Source of the DNA: Actinomycetota bacterium
GTDB lineage: Bacteria; Actinomycetota; Actinomycetes; S36-B12
Length of the DNA stretch: 64,000 nt
Assembly: GCA_030645615.1 (NCBI GenBank)
Contig: JAUSNB010000035.1
Location: 96,987 to 160,986 of the forward strand
Direction of reading: 5' to 3'
A program made the translations under genes and the position numbers. Position 1 is the first letter of the stretch; each line of letters starts with the position of its first letter. Shown here piece after piece: positions 52,983-62,994 of the stretch. The notes under the pieces are model-generated. The model made no database searches. It was not told where the DNA came from and saw only the letters and a list, made by a program, of their open reading frames with translations.

Positions 52983-54098
52983 ATGCGAGTGCTCGTCGCC
53001 CCCTCGGCCTTCAAGGGGTCTTTGTCGAGCACGCAGGCAGCGGAAGCCATGAGCGCCGGGGTCCACGCGGCGCTACCGGGCGCAGTCGTCGACGTCGTGC
53101 TGATGGCCGACGGAGGGGACGGGTCGATCGATGCCCTCGTGCGAGCCGGCTTCACCGCCCACGAGGTCGAGGCACGCGGCCCGACGCTGGTCCCGGGACA
53201 GTCGGCCATCGCGGTGACCGGCGCGCGCGCGGCCGTCGAACTGGCGAGCACGTGCGGACTGACCCGATTGCCCGGCGGCCGGCTGGAACCCCTCGCCAGC
53301 AGCACGCACGGGCTGGGCGACGCCATCCGCGCGGCGCTCGATCTGGGAATCGACGAACTGCTGCTGTGCGTGGGCGGGAGCGCGTCCACGGACGGTGGCG
53401 CCGGGATGCTGCAGGCACTCGGCGCGGTCCTGCTGGACGCGACGGGGCGTCCGGTGCAGGCATGCGGCGGGACCCTTGGCCACATCGCGTCCCTGGACCT
53501 GTCACGCCTGGACGCCCGACTGGCTGGCTGCCGGGTCACCGTCGCCACGGACGTGAGCAGCCCGTTGACCGGGAACACCGGTGCCGCTGCGGTGTTCGGG
53601 CCGCAGAAGGGTGCATCGCCCGCTCAGGTCCGTGCCCTGGAGGAGGCGACGGTGTCGTGGGCCGGTGTCCTCGCCGGCATTGCGGGCCGGGACGTCGCGG
53701 GAGTGTCCGGTTCTGGTGCGGCCGGCGGGACCGCGGCCGCCGCCCTCGCCGTCCTGGGTGCCGAGATCGCACCGGGCGCCGAGGCAATCGCGGAAGCGAC
53801 CGGGCTGAGAGCCGCTGTTGCCCGTGCAAGCCTCGTCGTCACGGGCGAGGGAAGCTTCGACGAGCAGAGCCTGCTGGGCAAAGGGCCATCGCTCGTGCTG
53901 CGCTGGGCGGGCGAGGCCGCCCGCCCAGCGGCGCTCGTGTGCGGGTCGATCGGGCTGCCCGCCGACCGCGTGCGCGCGGCGGGCGCCACGGCCTGGGCTG
54001 CCCTCGACGATGGGGCTGACCTCCCGGACGCGATCTCCCGAGCGGCACAGTTGCTGCCGGCCGCCACGGCCCGGGCCGTCGCCTCTGCGGTCGGCTAG
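52983..54098 (+). CDS. glxK: Glycerate kinase
   Basis: APSAFKGSL, ADGGDG, GGSASTDGGAG, VFGPQKGA, VTGEGSFDEQS. Confidence 0.92.
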   Translation: MRVLVAPSAFKGSLSSTQAAEAMSAGVHAALPGAVVDVVLMADGGDGSIDALVRAGFTAHEVEARGPTLVPGQSAIAVTGARAAVELASTCGLTRLPGGRLEPLASSTHGLGDAIRAALDLGIDELLLCVGGSASTDGGAGMLQALGAVLLDATGRPVQACGGTLGHIASLDLSRLDARLAGCRVTVATDVSSPLTGNTGAAAVFGPQKGASPAQVRALEEATVSWAGVLAGIAGRDVAGVSGSGAAGGTAAAALAVLGAEIAPGAEAIAEATGLRAAVARASLVVTGEGSFDEQSLLGKGPSLVLRWAGEAARPAALVCGSIGLPADRVRAAGATAWAALDDGADLPDAISRAAQLLPAATARAVASAVG

Positions 54099-55678
54099 CC
54101 GCGCTCGACGCGCAACGCCTGCTCGCTGACGTCGAGTTGGCGCAGCTTGGGCCGCACGATCGCGTCGGGCAGGCCCTCCTCATCCCGCAGGCGCAGCAGT
54201 TCCTCCTGCTCGGCCCGGACCATGGCCCGGGCGACGTCGAGCAGGCGGGTCGAGCGCTCGTCCTCCGACGTCCCTTCCCCCTCCGATGCGGTGAGCGTGG
54301 CCAGCCGCCGTTCCGCATCGCCGCGCAGCCGATCGGAGACCTCGGCCGGGATGGGGTCCCCCGCTTCCTCCGCCTCGGCTTCGGCGACGCTGAGCCGGTC
54401 CAGCGCCGCCCGGGCGAGCATAACGTCGATCCGCCTGATGAGTTCGGCATCGTCGTCGGAGTCCACCTTGAGCAGGCGGGCAAGGGGGGCGAGGGTCAAG
54501 GACAGCAGCAGGGTCACCACGATGACGCAGAAGGTCGTCGCGAGGATCAGGTCGCGATACGGCACGGCGTCGCCGGAGGCGAAGGTCAGCGGGATGGAGA
54601 AGGCGGCCAGGCCGGAGACCGGCCCGCGGGCCCCCGCCCAGGCGAGCACGGCCGAGCCGCGCAGGTATGTGCGCCCGAGCGACGCCTGGCGCGCGGCCCG
54701 GTTGAGCCCGACCATCCCGGCCACGAACAGCGCGCGAGTCACGACCAGTGCGAGGACCACGACGCCCACGAGGACTGCGACGTGGACCTTCGCCTGGCCA
54801 TCGAGCCGGCCCAGGACATCGGGGAGTTCAAGGCCGACGAGGAAGAAGGCGAGCGCCTGCAGCACGAAGGTGATGTGCCGCCAGACGATGGCGCTCTGCA
54901 CCCGGCCGGACTGGCCGGGCAGCGAGTTCTGCCGGTGGGCGATGACCAGTGCGGCCGCTACGACGGCCAGGATGCCGGAGCCGCGGAGTTCCTCGGCGAT
55001 GACGTACAGCAGGAACGGGGCGACGAGGACCAGCGCGTTGGCGGCGACGAGGTCCTTGCTCCGTCGCAGGACAACGGACAGCAGCCAGCCGCCCATGCCG
55101 CCGACCGCCACGCCGACCGTGACCGCGAGGGCGAAGTAGCCCCCCACTTCCAGCAACGTGACCGACCCGGCACTCGCGGCCAGCAGCGCGACCTTGAGGG
55201 CGGTGAGCCCGGTGCCGTCGTTGACGAGGCTCTCGCCCTCGAGGATCGCGACGAGGCGCCGGGGCAGTCCGGCGCGGCGCGCGACGGCGCTGACCGAGAC
55301 CGCGTCGGTTGGCGCGCGCCCGGCACCGAGTGCCAGGGCCAACGCCGTGGGCTTGGCGACGACCCGCCGCGTCGCCATGCCCACGGCGAGCGTGGTGGCG
55401 AAGACAAGCCCGACCGCGAGAGCGATGACGGGTCGGCCGACCTTGCGCAGGTCGACGTACGAGGAGCCCAGCGCCTCGCCGAACACCAGGGGGGCCAGCA
55501 CCGCTACGAGCACAACCTCGGGATCGGGCGGTGCCGTGGGTCCCACGGGCAGCCACCCGACGACGAGACCGCCAAGGATCAGCGGCAATGCCATGTTCCA
55601 GCCGCGCGAGCGGGTGAACGCGGCGATCGCGACGGCGATCACCGCACCGCCAGCCAGCGTGACGAAGGTGTCGTTCAT
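54095..55678 (-). CDS. CPA1 Na+/H+ antiporter
   Basis: PTDAV, ILEGESLVNDG, WAGARG..LAA. Confidence 0.88.
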   Translation of the reverse strand: MNDTFVTLAGGAVIAVAIAAFTRSRGWNMALPLILGGLVVGWLPVGPTAPPDPEVVLVAVLAPLVFGEALGSSYVDLRKVGRPVIALAVGLVFATTLAVGMATRRVVAKPTALALALGAGRAPTDAVSVSAVARRAGLPRRLVAILEGESLVNDGTGLTALKVALLAASAGSVTLLEVGGYFALAVTVGVAVGGMGGWLLSVVLRRSKDLVAANALVLVAPFLLYVIAEELRGSGILAVVAAALVIAHRQNSLPGQSGRVQSAIVWRHITFVLQALAFFLVGLELPDVLGRLDGQAKVHVAVLVGVVVLALVVTRALFVAGMVGLNRAARQASLGRTYLRGSAVLAWAGARGPVSGLAAFSIPLTFASGDAVPYRDLILATTFCVIVVTLLLSLTLAPLARLLKVDSDDDAELIRRIDVMLARAALDRLSVAEAEAEEAGDPIPAEVSDRLRGDAERRLATLTASEGEGTSEDERSTRLLDVARAMVRAEQEELLRLRDEEGLPDAIVRPKLRQLDVSEQALRVERG

Positions 55679-55716
55679 GGGTCGCGCGAGTCTACGCGCG
55701 GCGAAGCCTCACTCGG

Positions 55717-56511
55717 TCAGGCGACCTGGATGGACCGCTTGGACAAGCCGAAGAAGTAGCCGTCGATCACCGTCGCTGGCGGTCGCCCTGGGTCGGTCGC
55801 AGCGCCCAGCGTGATGAAGAGCGGGACGTAGTGCTCGACGGTCGGGTGGGCGTACGGCATGCCGGGAGCCATGTCCCGGTAGCCGGCCAGCGCATCCACG
55901 TCGCCGCGATCCAGCGCCTCCGCCGCCCAGGCATCGAAGTCCCTGCTCCAGCCGGGGGGCGCCGCTTCCGGCCGCCAGTCGCGCAGGAAGGGCAGCCCAT
56001 GGGTGAGGTAGCCGGAGCCGATGATGAGCACCCCGTGGTCGCGAAGTGGCTGCAGGGCGCGGCCGATCTCGAGGAGCCTGAGCGGGTCCATCGACGGCAA
56101 CGACAGCTGCAGAACCGGGATGTCCCCGACCGGGTACATGACCTTCAACGGGACCCAGGCGCCATGGTCAAGCCCTCGGCGGGGGTGCTGATGGAGCGGC
56201 TCGCTGGCCGGCAGCACCGAGGCCACCAGCTCGGCCAGCGCCGTGGCGTCCGGGGTGGGGTAGGTCACGGCGAAGTAGCGCGGGTCGAACCCGCTGAAGT
56301 CGTAGACGAGGGGCGTTCCGGCGTCTGGCGACGACAGCGTCATCGGCGCGGACTCCCAGTGCGCCGAGACGATCAGGATTGCCTCGGGCCGCGGCAGGCC
56401 GGCCGCCCAGGCGGACAGCTCGGCGGTCCACAGGGGGTCGTCGAGCAGCGGCGGGGCGCCGTGGCCCAGATAGAGGGCCGGCATCCGGTCACGGGTCGAG
56501 GGGACGGTCAT
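55717..56511 (-). CDS. LigB/DODA-type extradiol dioxygenase
   Basis: LGHGAP, SAHWE, GLDHGAWVPL, AHPTVEHY. Confidence 0.9.
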   Translation of the reverse strand: MTVPSTRDRMPALYLGHGAPPLLDDPLWTAELSAWAAGLPRPEAILIVSAHWESAPMTLSSPDAGTPLVYDFSGFDPRYFAVTYPTPDATALAELVASVLPASEPLHQHPRRGLDHGAWVPLKVMYPVGDIPVLQLSLPSMDPLRLLEIGRALQPLRDHGVLIIGSGYLTHGLPFLRDWRPEAAPPGWSRDFDAWAAEALDRGDVDALAGYRDMAPGMPYAHPTVEHYVPLFITLGAATDPGRPPATVIDGYFFGLSKRSIQVA

Positions 56512-56529
56512 GCCCTCAAGTGTCCGTCA

Positions 56530-56553
56530 CAATAGTTGAATTGTCAACTATTG
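56530..56553. promoter_or_regulatory. Palindromic operator overlapping the dioxygenase -35
   Basis: CAATAGTTGA-attg-TCAACTATTG containing TTGACA on the minus strand. Confidence 0.65.
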
Positions 56554-57150
56554 GCGGAACGACACCTGACCCTCGGCGGCCGTCGCGGGTTCGTCGGCGA
56601 AGATCGCGTCCACCCGCTCCCCAAGGCCGAACACGTCCGGCCGCGGGACTGCGCCACGCACCACGGGCTCGGCCGACTCCCAGGTGGAGTTCACGTCGTC
56701 GTGGGTGACCGCGAACTCCGCGGGGTCCTCCGCGGCCGCGCTGAGATACCCCTGCCAGGCTCGGTTATGCGCGAGGTATGCCGCACGGGCCTCCTCGATG
56801 TCGCGGTGCCAGGGCAGCGCGGCCACCGACGCGACGAGGTCCCCGCCCCGAGTGACTCCGGCGAGCCCGTCCCGGGCCACCGCCGACAGCGCTGCATCCA
56901 GGGCCTGGCGATCCGCGTCCGTGAGCGCACCCGTGCCCTCATACGGGGCGAAGGCCTCCCGCACCGCGTCCTGGGCCTGGCCCATCGCCGCCTCCGACAC
57001 CTCGATCTGGGCCACCAAGGCACGCATCTCGGTGCCGCGCTTGACCCAGTCCGCGGTGACGAGGCCCCCGCTGATCAGCACGGCGAGGAACACGGCGGCC
57101 CCCAGGGCCGGCGGAAGCCAGCGCGGAAGGCTGGCGCGGGGCGGTTTCAT
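56548..57150 (-). CDS. Hypothetical membrane-anchored protein
   Basis: N-terminal TM (ALGAAVFLAVLISGGL), helical body. Confidence 0.6.
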   Translation of the reverse strand: MKPPRASLPRWLPPALGAAVFLAVLISGGLVTADWVKRGTEMRALVAQIEVSEAAMGQAQDAVREAFAPYEGTGALTDADRQALDAALSAVARDGLAGVTRGGDLVASVAALPWHRDIEEARAAYLAHNRAWQGYLSAAAEDPAEFAVTHDDVNSTWESAEPVVRGAVPRPDVFGLGERVDAIFADEPATAAEGQVSFRQ

Positions 57151-57219
57151 GCGGCCATTGTCACCCCCGAGTCCTCCAGCCAGCGCACACCGGGGTTCCT
57201 TCGTGACTACGGTTGCCCC

Positions 57220-58629
57220 GTGACGTCGATTCACACGCAGGAGGACTGGCGCGCAGGCTACGAGACCCTGCAAGCCACCCTTGCCGCCCAGTACCGGGCC
57301 ATCCCGGCCGGCTCGCCGATCCGCCTCGCCAAGCGCACATCGAACCTGTTCCGCCCGCGCGACGCGGTCAGCGCTCCCGGACTCGACGTCGCGGCGTTCG
57401 ACGGTGTCCTGCACGTGGACCCGGTGGCCCGCACGGCCGACGTCCTGGGCATGACCACGTACGAGCACCTCGTCGATGCCACCCTGCCGTTCGGGCTCAT
57501 GCCGATGTGCGTGCCCCAGTTGCGCACCATCACGCTGGGCGGCGCGGTCACGGGCCTGGGCATCGAGAGTGCCAGCTTCCGCAACGGCACCCCGCATGAG
57601 TCCGTCGTGGAGATGGACATCCTCACCGGCGCTGGCGAGATCCTCACCGTCAGCGGGCGCCCCGACGACCCCCATCGCGACCTGTTCCATGGCTTCCCCA
57701 ACTCCTATGGCTCCTTGGGCTACGCCCTGCGGTTGCGCATCGAACTCGAGCCGACACGGCCTTATGTCGTCCTGCGCCACGTGCGCTTCGCGACCGCGCA
57801 GGCCATGGCCGACGCGATGGCGGTCATCACGGGAACCCGCGAATTCGAGGGCCGTCGCGTGGACTTCGTCGACGGCACGGTCTTCGCCAGCGACGAGCAG
57901 TACCTCACCGTGGGCACGATGGTCGACGAGCCACCGGCCGGCCTGAGCGCCAGCGACTACACCGGCATGGGGATCTACTACAGGTCCATCCAGGCAAGGA
58001 CCATCGACGTCCTCACGATCCACGACTACCTGTGGCGTTGGGACACCGACTGGTTCTGGTGCTCGCGCGCCTTCGGTGCGCAGAAGAAGGCCATCCGCCG
58101 GTTCTGGCCGAAGCGCAAGCTCCGCAGCGACGTCTACTGGAAGCTCGTCGCACTCGAGCGGAAGCACGACCTGTCCAACAGGGTTGCCAGGCGTCGGGGT
58201 CGTCCGGTGCGCGAGGCGGTCGTCCAGGACGTCGAGGTCCCGGTGGGCCGCCTGGCCGAGTTCCTCGACTTCTTCCACCGCGAGGTGGGCATCGAGCCGG
58301 TGTGGGTTTGCCCCCTGCGCCAGCGCGACCCGGCCGCGCGTTGGCCGCTGTACGAATTCGACCCCGAGGTGCTCTACGTGAACGTCGGCTTCTGGTCGAC
58401 AGTCCCGCTTCCCGACGGGGCGCAACCCGACGAGGGCACGGTGAACCGCCGGATCGAGCAGGTCGTCACGGCCCTCGATGGCCGCAAGTCCCTCTATTCG
58501 ACGGCCTTCTACGGCCGGGACGAGTTCTGGACAATTTACGGAGGCGAGGAGTACCACCGCCTGAAGTCCCTCTACGATCCCGAACGACGACTGCGCGACC
58601 TGTACGAGAAGGTCGTGGAACGGCAGTAG
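57220..58629 (+). CDS. FAD-binding oxidoreductase (TmsA/Rv3719-like)
   Basis: LAKRTSNLFR, PQLRTITLGG, WRWDTDWFWCS, KSLYS. Confidence 0.85.
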   Translation: MTSIHTQEDWRAGYETLQATLAAQYRAIPAGSPIRLAKRTSNLFRPRDAVSAPGLDVAAFDGVLHVDPVARTADVLGMTTYEHLVDATLPFGLMPMCVPQLRTITLGGAVTGLGIESASFRNGTPHESVVEMDILTGAGEILTVSGRPDDPHRDLFHGFPNSYGSLGYALRLRIELEPTRPYVVLRHVRFATAQAMADAMAVITGTREFEGRRVDFVDGTVFASDEQYLTVGTMVDEPPAGLSASDYTGMGIYYRSIQARTIDVLTIHDYLWRWDTDWFWCSRAFGAQKKAIRRFWPKRKLRSDVYWKLVALERKHDLSNRVARRRGRPVREAVVQDVEVPVGRLAEFLDFFHREVGIEPVWVCPLRQRDPAARWPLYEFDPEVLYVNVGFWSTVPLPDGAQPDEGTVNRRIEQVVTALDGRKSLYSTAFYGRDEFWTIYGGEEYHRLKSLYDPERRLRDLYEKVVERQ

Positions 58630-58656
58630 CCCGCTCCGCGACCAGGACGACAAGGA

Positions 58657-59919
58657 GTGAAGACCATGCGGCTGGCTGACGCCTTCTCCATGATCGTGCC
58701 CGCCGAGCGCGGCGTGGGTTTCCGCGCGTATGACGGCTCGTCGTCGGGGCCGCAGGACCCCGAAGTCCTGATGGAGGTACGCAGCCCCCGAGCCGTGCAC
58801 TATCTCGCTTCCTCGCCCAACCAACTGGGGCTCGCGCGCGCCTACGTGTCCGGAGACCTCGAGATCATCGGCGATGCGTACACCACGCTCAGCCGGCTGT
58901 ACCCGCTGCCGCTGGACCACCTGTCATGGAGCGACCGGCTGGCCCTCGCCCGCGCCTTCGCGCCGTACGCCCTCAAGCGGCCGGCCCCTCCGCCGCAGGA
59001 GCGCCGGCTCAGCGGCCGCCGGCACTCCAAGGGCCGCGACGCCGACGCCATCCACCACCACTACGACGTGAGCAATCGCTTCTACTCCTGGGTGCTCGGC
59101 CCCTCGATGGCCTACACCTGCGCCGTCTTCCCGAATGTCGACGCCACCCTCGAGCAGGCCCAGGACGAGAAGTTCGACCTGGTCTGCCGCAAGCTCGGCC
59201 TGCAGCCCGGCATGCGGCTGCTCGATGTCGGCTGCGGTTGGGGCGGCATGGTCATGCATGCGGTCAAGCACTATGGCGTGACCGCCATCGGAGTCACCCT
59301 CTCGGAGCAGCAGGCGCTCTGGGGCAAGGAATCGATCGAGCAGGCCGGGCTCACCGGCCAGGCGCAGATCCGCTACAGCGACTACCGCGACGTCCCCGAG
59401 ACGGGCTTCGATGCCGTCTCGTCGATCGGCCTCACCGAGCACATCGGCCGCGCCAACTACCCCTCCTACTTCGCCTTCCTCTACGGCAAGCTCCGCCCCG
59501 AGGGCCGCCTGCTCAACCACACGATCACCCGGCAGAACGACGGATGGGTGACGCACTTCCGCAAGTCCTTCATCAATCGATACGTGTTCCCGGACGGGGA
59601 GCTGTCCGGTCCCTCCCAGGTCATGACGGCCATGAACACGGCGGGCTTCGAGGTGCGGCACGAGGAGAACCTCCGTGAGCACTACGCCCTCACCCTCAAG
59701 CACTGGTGCCAGAACCTCGAGGACCATTGGGACGAGGCGGTCGAGGAGGCGGGCCTGGGCACCGCGCGGGTGTGGCGGCTGTACATGGCCGCATCCCGGC
59801 TGGGCTTCGACATCGACATGATCCAGTTGCACCAGATGCTCGGGGTCAAGCTCGGCCCCGGCGGCTCGTCCGGCATGCCGCTCAGGCCGGAGTTCGACCG
59901 CGCGCCCGCGCACGCCTGA
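58657..59919 (+). CDS. Cyclopropane-fatty-acyl synthase family methyltransferase (TmsB/Rv3720-like)
   Basis: HHYDVSN, LLDVGCGWG, RYVFPDG, REHY; paired with the FAD reductase as in 10-methyl fatty acid operons. Confidence 0.88.
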   Translation: MKTMRLADAFSMIVPAERGVGFRAYDGSSSGPQDPEVLMEVRSPRAVHYLASSPNQLGLARAYVSGDLEIIGDAYTTLSRLYPLPLDHLSWSDRLALARAFAPYALKRPAPPPQERRLSGRRHSKGRDADAIHHHYDVSNRFYSWVLGPSMAYTCAVFPNVDATLEQAQDEKFDLVCRKLGLQPGMRLLDVGCGWGGMVMHAVKHYGVTAIGVTLSEQQALWGKESIEQAGLTGQAQIRYSDYRDVPETGFDAVSSIGLTEHIGRANYPSYFAFLYGKLRPEGRLLNHTITRQNDGWVTHFRKSFINRYVFPDGELSGPSQVMTAMNTAGFEVRHEENLREHYALTLKHWCQNLEDHWDEAVEEAGLGTARVWRLYMAASRLGFDIDMIQLHQMLGVKLGPGGSSGMPLRPEFDRAPAHA

Positions 59920-60023
59920 CCCGATCCGGATGACCGATCCGGATGACCGTTCCGCGCCCGATGCGTCGCCAGTCGTGGCCGAGACACGCGGGGCAAATGC
60001 GGCCACAGCCGACGAGGCATCGG

Positions 60024-60713
60024 TCAGGCGGCGGCCTCGACCAGGACGTGGGCGGCGGCCTCGAGCGACAACTCGGTGTACTCGCCGGCGCTGCCGACCG
60101 TGACCCCGCCGGCGGACCGGTGCACCTGCACCGAGGCGCCCGGCAGGGCCCCGATGCGTCGCATCGTGATCATCGCCGGGGCGTCATCCTGGAGCGGCTC
60201 GGCGATCCGTCGCACGACAACGCGGCGGACCTCGTCGCGTGCCGCCGTGCTGAGCGGCTCCACGGCGGCATCGGATGTCGGATGCGGCACGCCGGGCTCC
60301 AGCTCGGACAGTCCGGGAATGGGATTGCCATAGGGCGATTCCGTCGGGTGGCCTAGGAGGTCCAGCAGCCGGAGCTCGACGTTGGCACTCATGACGTGCT
60401 CCCAGCGGCACGCCTCCGCATGGACGTCCTCCCACGGCAGCCCGAGCACCTGGACGAGGAAGCACTCAGCAAGCCGGTGCTTGCGCATGACCCGGGTGGC
60501 GGCCTCCCGGCCGGCCGGCGTGAACTCAAGGTGGCGGTCCCCCGAGACCACGAGCAGGCCATCGCGCTCCATGCGCGCAACGGTCTGCGAGACCGTGGGT
60601 CCGCTCTGGTTCAACCGCTCGGCGATGCGCGCGCGCATCGCGACGATGCCTTCCTCCTGGAGCTCGAAGACGGTCCGCAGGTACATCTCCGTGGTGTCGA
60701 TGAGCTCGCTCAC
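60024..60713 (-). CDS. ideR: DtxR/IdeR iron-dependent repressor
   Basis: LIDTTEMYL, QSGPTVSQTVARMERDG, MRKHRLAE, EACRWEH, SPYGNPIPGL. Confidence 0.93.
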   Translation of the reverse strand: MSELIDTTEMYLRTVFELQEEGIVAMRARIAERLNQSGPTVSQTVARMERDGLLVVSGDRHLEFTPAGREAATRVMRKHRLAECFLVQVLGLPWEDVHAEACRWEHVMSANVELRLLDLLGHPTESPYGNPIPGLSELEPGVPHPTSDAAVEPLSTAARDEVRRVVVRRIAEPLQDDAPAMITMRRIGALPGASVQVHRSAGGVTVGSAGEYTELSLEAAAHVLVEAAA

Positions 60714-60728
60714 CAAGCCTCCTGCCAC

Positions 60729-60747
60729 TTTGGTTTGCCTACCCTGA
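60729..60747. promoter_or_regulatory. IdeR/DtxR box-like site
   Basis: TTTGGTTTGCCTACCCTGA matches 15/19 of TWAGGTWAGSCTWACCTWA. Confidence 0.55.
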
Positions 60748-60769
60748 ACCTACTGCCTAGCCTGCAACG

Positions 60770-62134
60770 GTGCCGAGCGTCATGTGGTTCCGCCGCGATC
60801 TGCGGCTTCGCGACAACCCCGCCCTCCTGGCAGCCGTGGCCTCGGCCCGCGAGGACGGGGACGGGCGGGTCGTGCCCCTGTTCGTCGTGGACCCGGCCCT
60901 CTGGCTGCCGTCCGGGCCGGTCCGGCTCGAGTACCTCCTCGCCTCGTTGCGGGCCTTGGACGAATCCCTGTCCGGCGCGCTGCTGCTCCAGCACGGCGAC
61001 CCGGTCGAGGTGCTGCCCGAGGTCGCCCGGGCCGCCGGCGCCTCGTCGGTGCACGTGGCCGGCGACTTCGCGCCTTACGGGACATCCCGCGACGCGGCGG
61101 TTGCCCAGGCACTCGGTACCGTCCCGCTCATCCCGACCGGCTCTCCCTACGCCGTTGCCCCGGGCCGGATCCGCAAGCCGGACGACACCGCCTACCGCGT
61201 CTTCACGCCGTTCTACCGAGCCTGGATTCGGCACGGCTGGCGGGCACCCGTCGGGCCTCCACCGTCCGACGTCGACTGGTGGTCCCCGCTGGAGTGCGAC
61301 GGCTACCCGGCAGGTCCCGGCCTCGGCACGCTGCGCCTCCCGCCGGCCGGGGAGCAGGCGGCCCGGGACCGATGGGCCGCCTTCCGTGCCTCGGCTTTGG
61401 GACGCTACGGCGAGGACCGCAACCGCGCCGACCTCGACGGGACCAGTGCGATGAGCCATCACCTCAGGTTCGGGGAGGTCCATCCTCGGAGCCTGCTCGC
61501 GGAGCTCGGCGAGGATGACGAGACGTACCGCCGCGAACTGTGCTGGCGCGAGTTCTACGCCGACGTCCTTCACCACGAGCCCGCGAGCGCCGGCCGGTCG
61601 CTCGACGCCAGGTTCGACGCGGAGATGCGCTGGTCCGGCGGGGCGCTCGCCGACGAAGCCCTCGACGCATGGCGCCATGGCCGCACCGGGTACCCGTTCG
61701 TGGATGCGGGCATGCGCCAGCTTCGGGCGGAGGGCTGGGTGCACAACAGGGTGCGGATGGTGGTCGCCAGCTTCCTGGTCAAGGACCTGCACCTGCCGTG
61801 GCAGCACGGCGCCCGCGAGTTCATGCACTGGCTCCGGGACGGGGACCTCGCCAGCAATGCGCACGGCTGGCAGTGGACTGCTGGCTGCGGCACCGACGCC
61901 GCCCCGTTCTACCGGGTCTTCAACCCCGTCCTCCAGGGCCTGAAGTTCGACCCGGACGGCGATTACGTGCGCCGCTACGTCCCCGAGCTTCGCCACCTGG
62001 CGGGCAAGGCCGTCCACGAGCCGTGGAACGCCCCGGACGGCTTCGACCATGGCTATCCGGAGCGCATGGTCGACCACGCGGCTGAGCGGGACGCGGCCCT
62101 GGCCGACTTCGAGGCGATCCGCCGGCCTTCCTGA
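60770..62134 (+). CDS. phr: CPD photolyase
   Basis: WFRRDLRLRDNP, WREF, GRTGYPFVDAGMRQL, HNRVRM, WQW, RVFNP. Confidence 0.92.
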   Translation: MPSVMWFRRDLRLRDNPALLAAVASAREDGDGRVVPLFVVDPALWLPSGPVRLEYLLASLRALDESLSGALLLQHGDPVEVLPEVARAAGASSVHVAGDFAPYGTSRDAAVAQALGTVPLIPTGSPYAVAPGRIRKPDDTAYRVFTPFYRAWIRHGWRAPVGPPPSDVDWWSPLECDGYPAGPGLGTLRLPPAGEQAARDRWAAFRASALGRYGEDRNRADLDGTSAMSHHLRFGEVHPRSLLAELGEDDETYRRELCWREFYADVLHHEPASAGRSLDARFDAEMRWSGGALADEALDAWRHGRTGYPFVDAGMRQLRAEGWVHNRVRMVVASFLVKDLHLPWQHGAREFMHWLRDGDLASNAHGWQWTAGCGTDAAPFYRVFNPVLQGLKFDPDGDYVRRYVPELRHLAGKAVHEPWNAPDGFDHGYPERMVDHAAERDAALADFEAIRRPS

Positions 62135-62182
62135 CGACGTGGCTCCCCGGCGCGGGGGCCTGCGGCTGCCAGACTGCTGGGC

Positions 62183-62992
62183 ATGACCGTCGTCGCCGTC
62201 CTCTCCATGAAGGGGGGCGTGGGCAAGAGCACCGTGTCACTCGGGCTGGCCAGCGCTGCGTGGGCCCGCGACATGCGCGCGCTGGTGGTCGACCTCGACC
62301 CGCAGGCCAACGCCACGATGGCATTGGATGCCATGGGCGCCCCATTCACGACCAGCGACGTGCTGGCCGACCCGCGCCCCGGGGTGGCGGCCGATGCGGT
62401 TGTCGACAGCGCATGGGGTCCGACGGTGCGGGTCCTTGGCGCCGAGCGCAGCCTCGAGCACCGCAACTCGCGGCAGGGCCGCAACTCCGCCAGCCGGCTG
62501 CGTACCGGGCTGGCCACGATGCCGCGCGACTACGGGGTCGTCGTGATCGACTGCCCCCCGTCGCTGGGCGAGCTCACCCGCAACGCCCTGCACGCCGCGG
62601 ACCGGGCGATCATCGTCACGGAGCCGAATCACTTCGCGGTGCACGGTGCCGCCGAGGCCCTCGAGGCAGTCGCCGTGATCGCGCGCGCGGCCAATCCGCG
62701 CCTCACCGTCGCCGCGGTCGTCGTCAACCGCATGCGACCGGACGAGCGCGAGCATCGGCTGCACGCCGACCTGCTCGCCGCGGAGTACGGCGCGCTCGTC
62801 TTCTCTCCGCCGCTCCCGGAATGCCCGGGCATCCCCCAGTCGCAGCGCGCGGGCAGCCCGATCCACGCCTGGAACTCCCCCGGCTCTCGGGACGTGGCCG
62901 ACCTGTTCGACGACCTGCTCGACGCGGTACTGCCACCGCCTCCGCCGCGCCAGGCCGTCCCGGCCTTCTCGCTGCGCAAGTACCTGGCGTGA
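62183..62992 (+). CDS. ParA/Soj family ATPase
   Basis: KGGVGKST, DLDPQANAT, IDCPPSLG. Confidence 0.9.
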   Translation: MTVVAVLSMKGGVGKSTVSLGLASAAWARDMRALVVDLDPQANATMALDAMGAPFTTSDVLADPRPGVAADAVVDSAWGPTVRVLGAERSLEHRNSRQGRNSASRLRTGLATMPRDYGVVVIDCPPSLGELTRNALHAADRAIIVTEPNHFAVHGAAEALEAVAVIARAANPRLTVAAVVVNRMRPDEREHRLHADLLAAEYGALVFSPPLPECPGIPQSQRAGSPIHAWNSPGSRDVADLFDDLLDAVLPPPPPRQAVPAFSLRKYLA

Positions 62993-62994
62993 CC

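Noticed and set aside
55300-55385. Odd charged residues in an antiporter TM segment (TRRVVAKPT, GAGRAPTD)
   Set aside because: Frame is intact; divergence cannot be told from base-call errors without reads
56536-58920. Long overlapping antisense or alternate-frame ORFs (here and throughout the window)
   Set aside because: Expected shadow ORFs of high-GC coding DNA; only frames with recognisable motifs or coupled starts were kept
59916-59955. Short tandem CCGATCCGGATGA repeat after the methyltransferase
   Set aside because: About 2.5 copies between convergent genes; probably terminator-related or slippage, with no further copies seen
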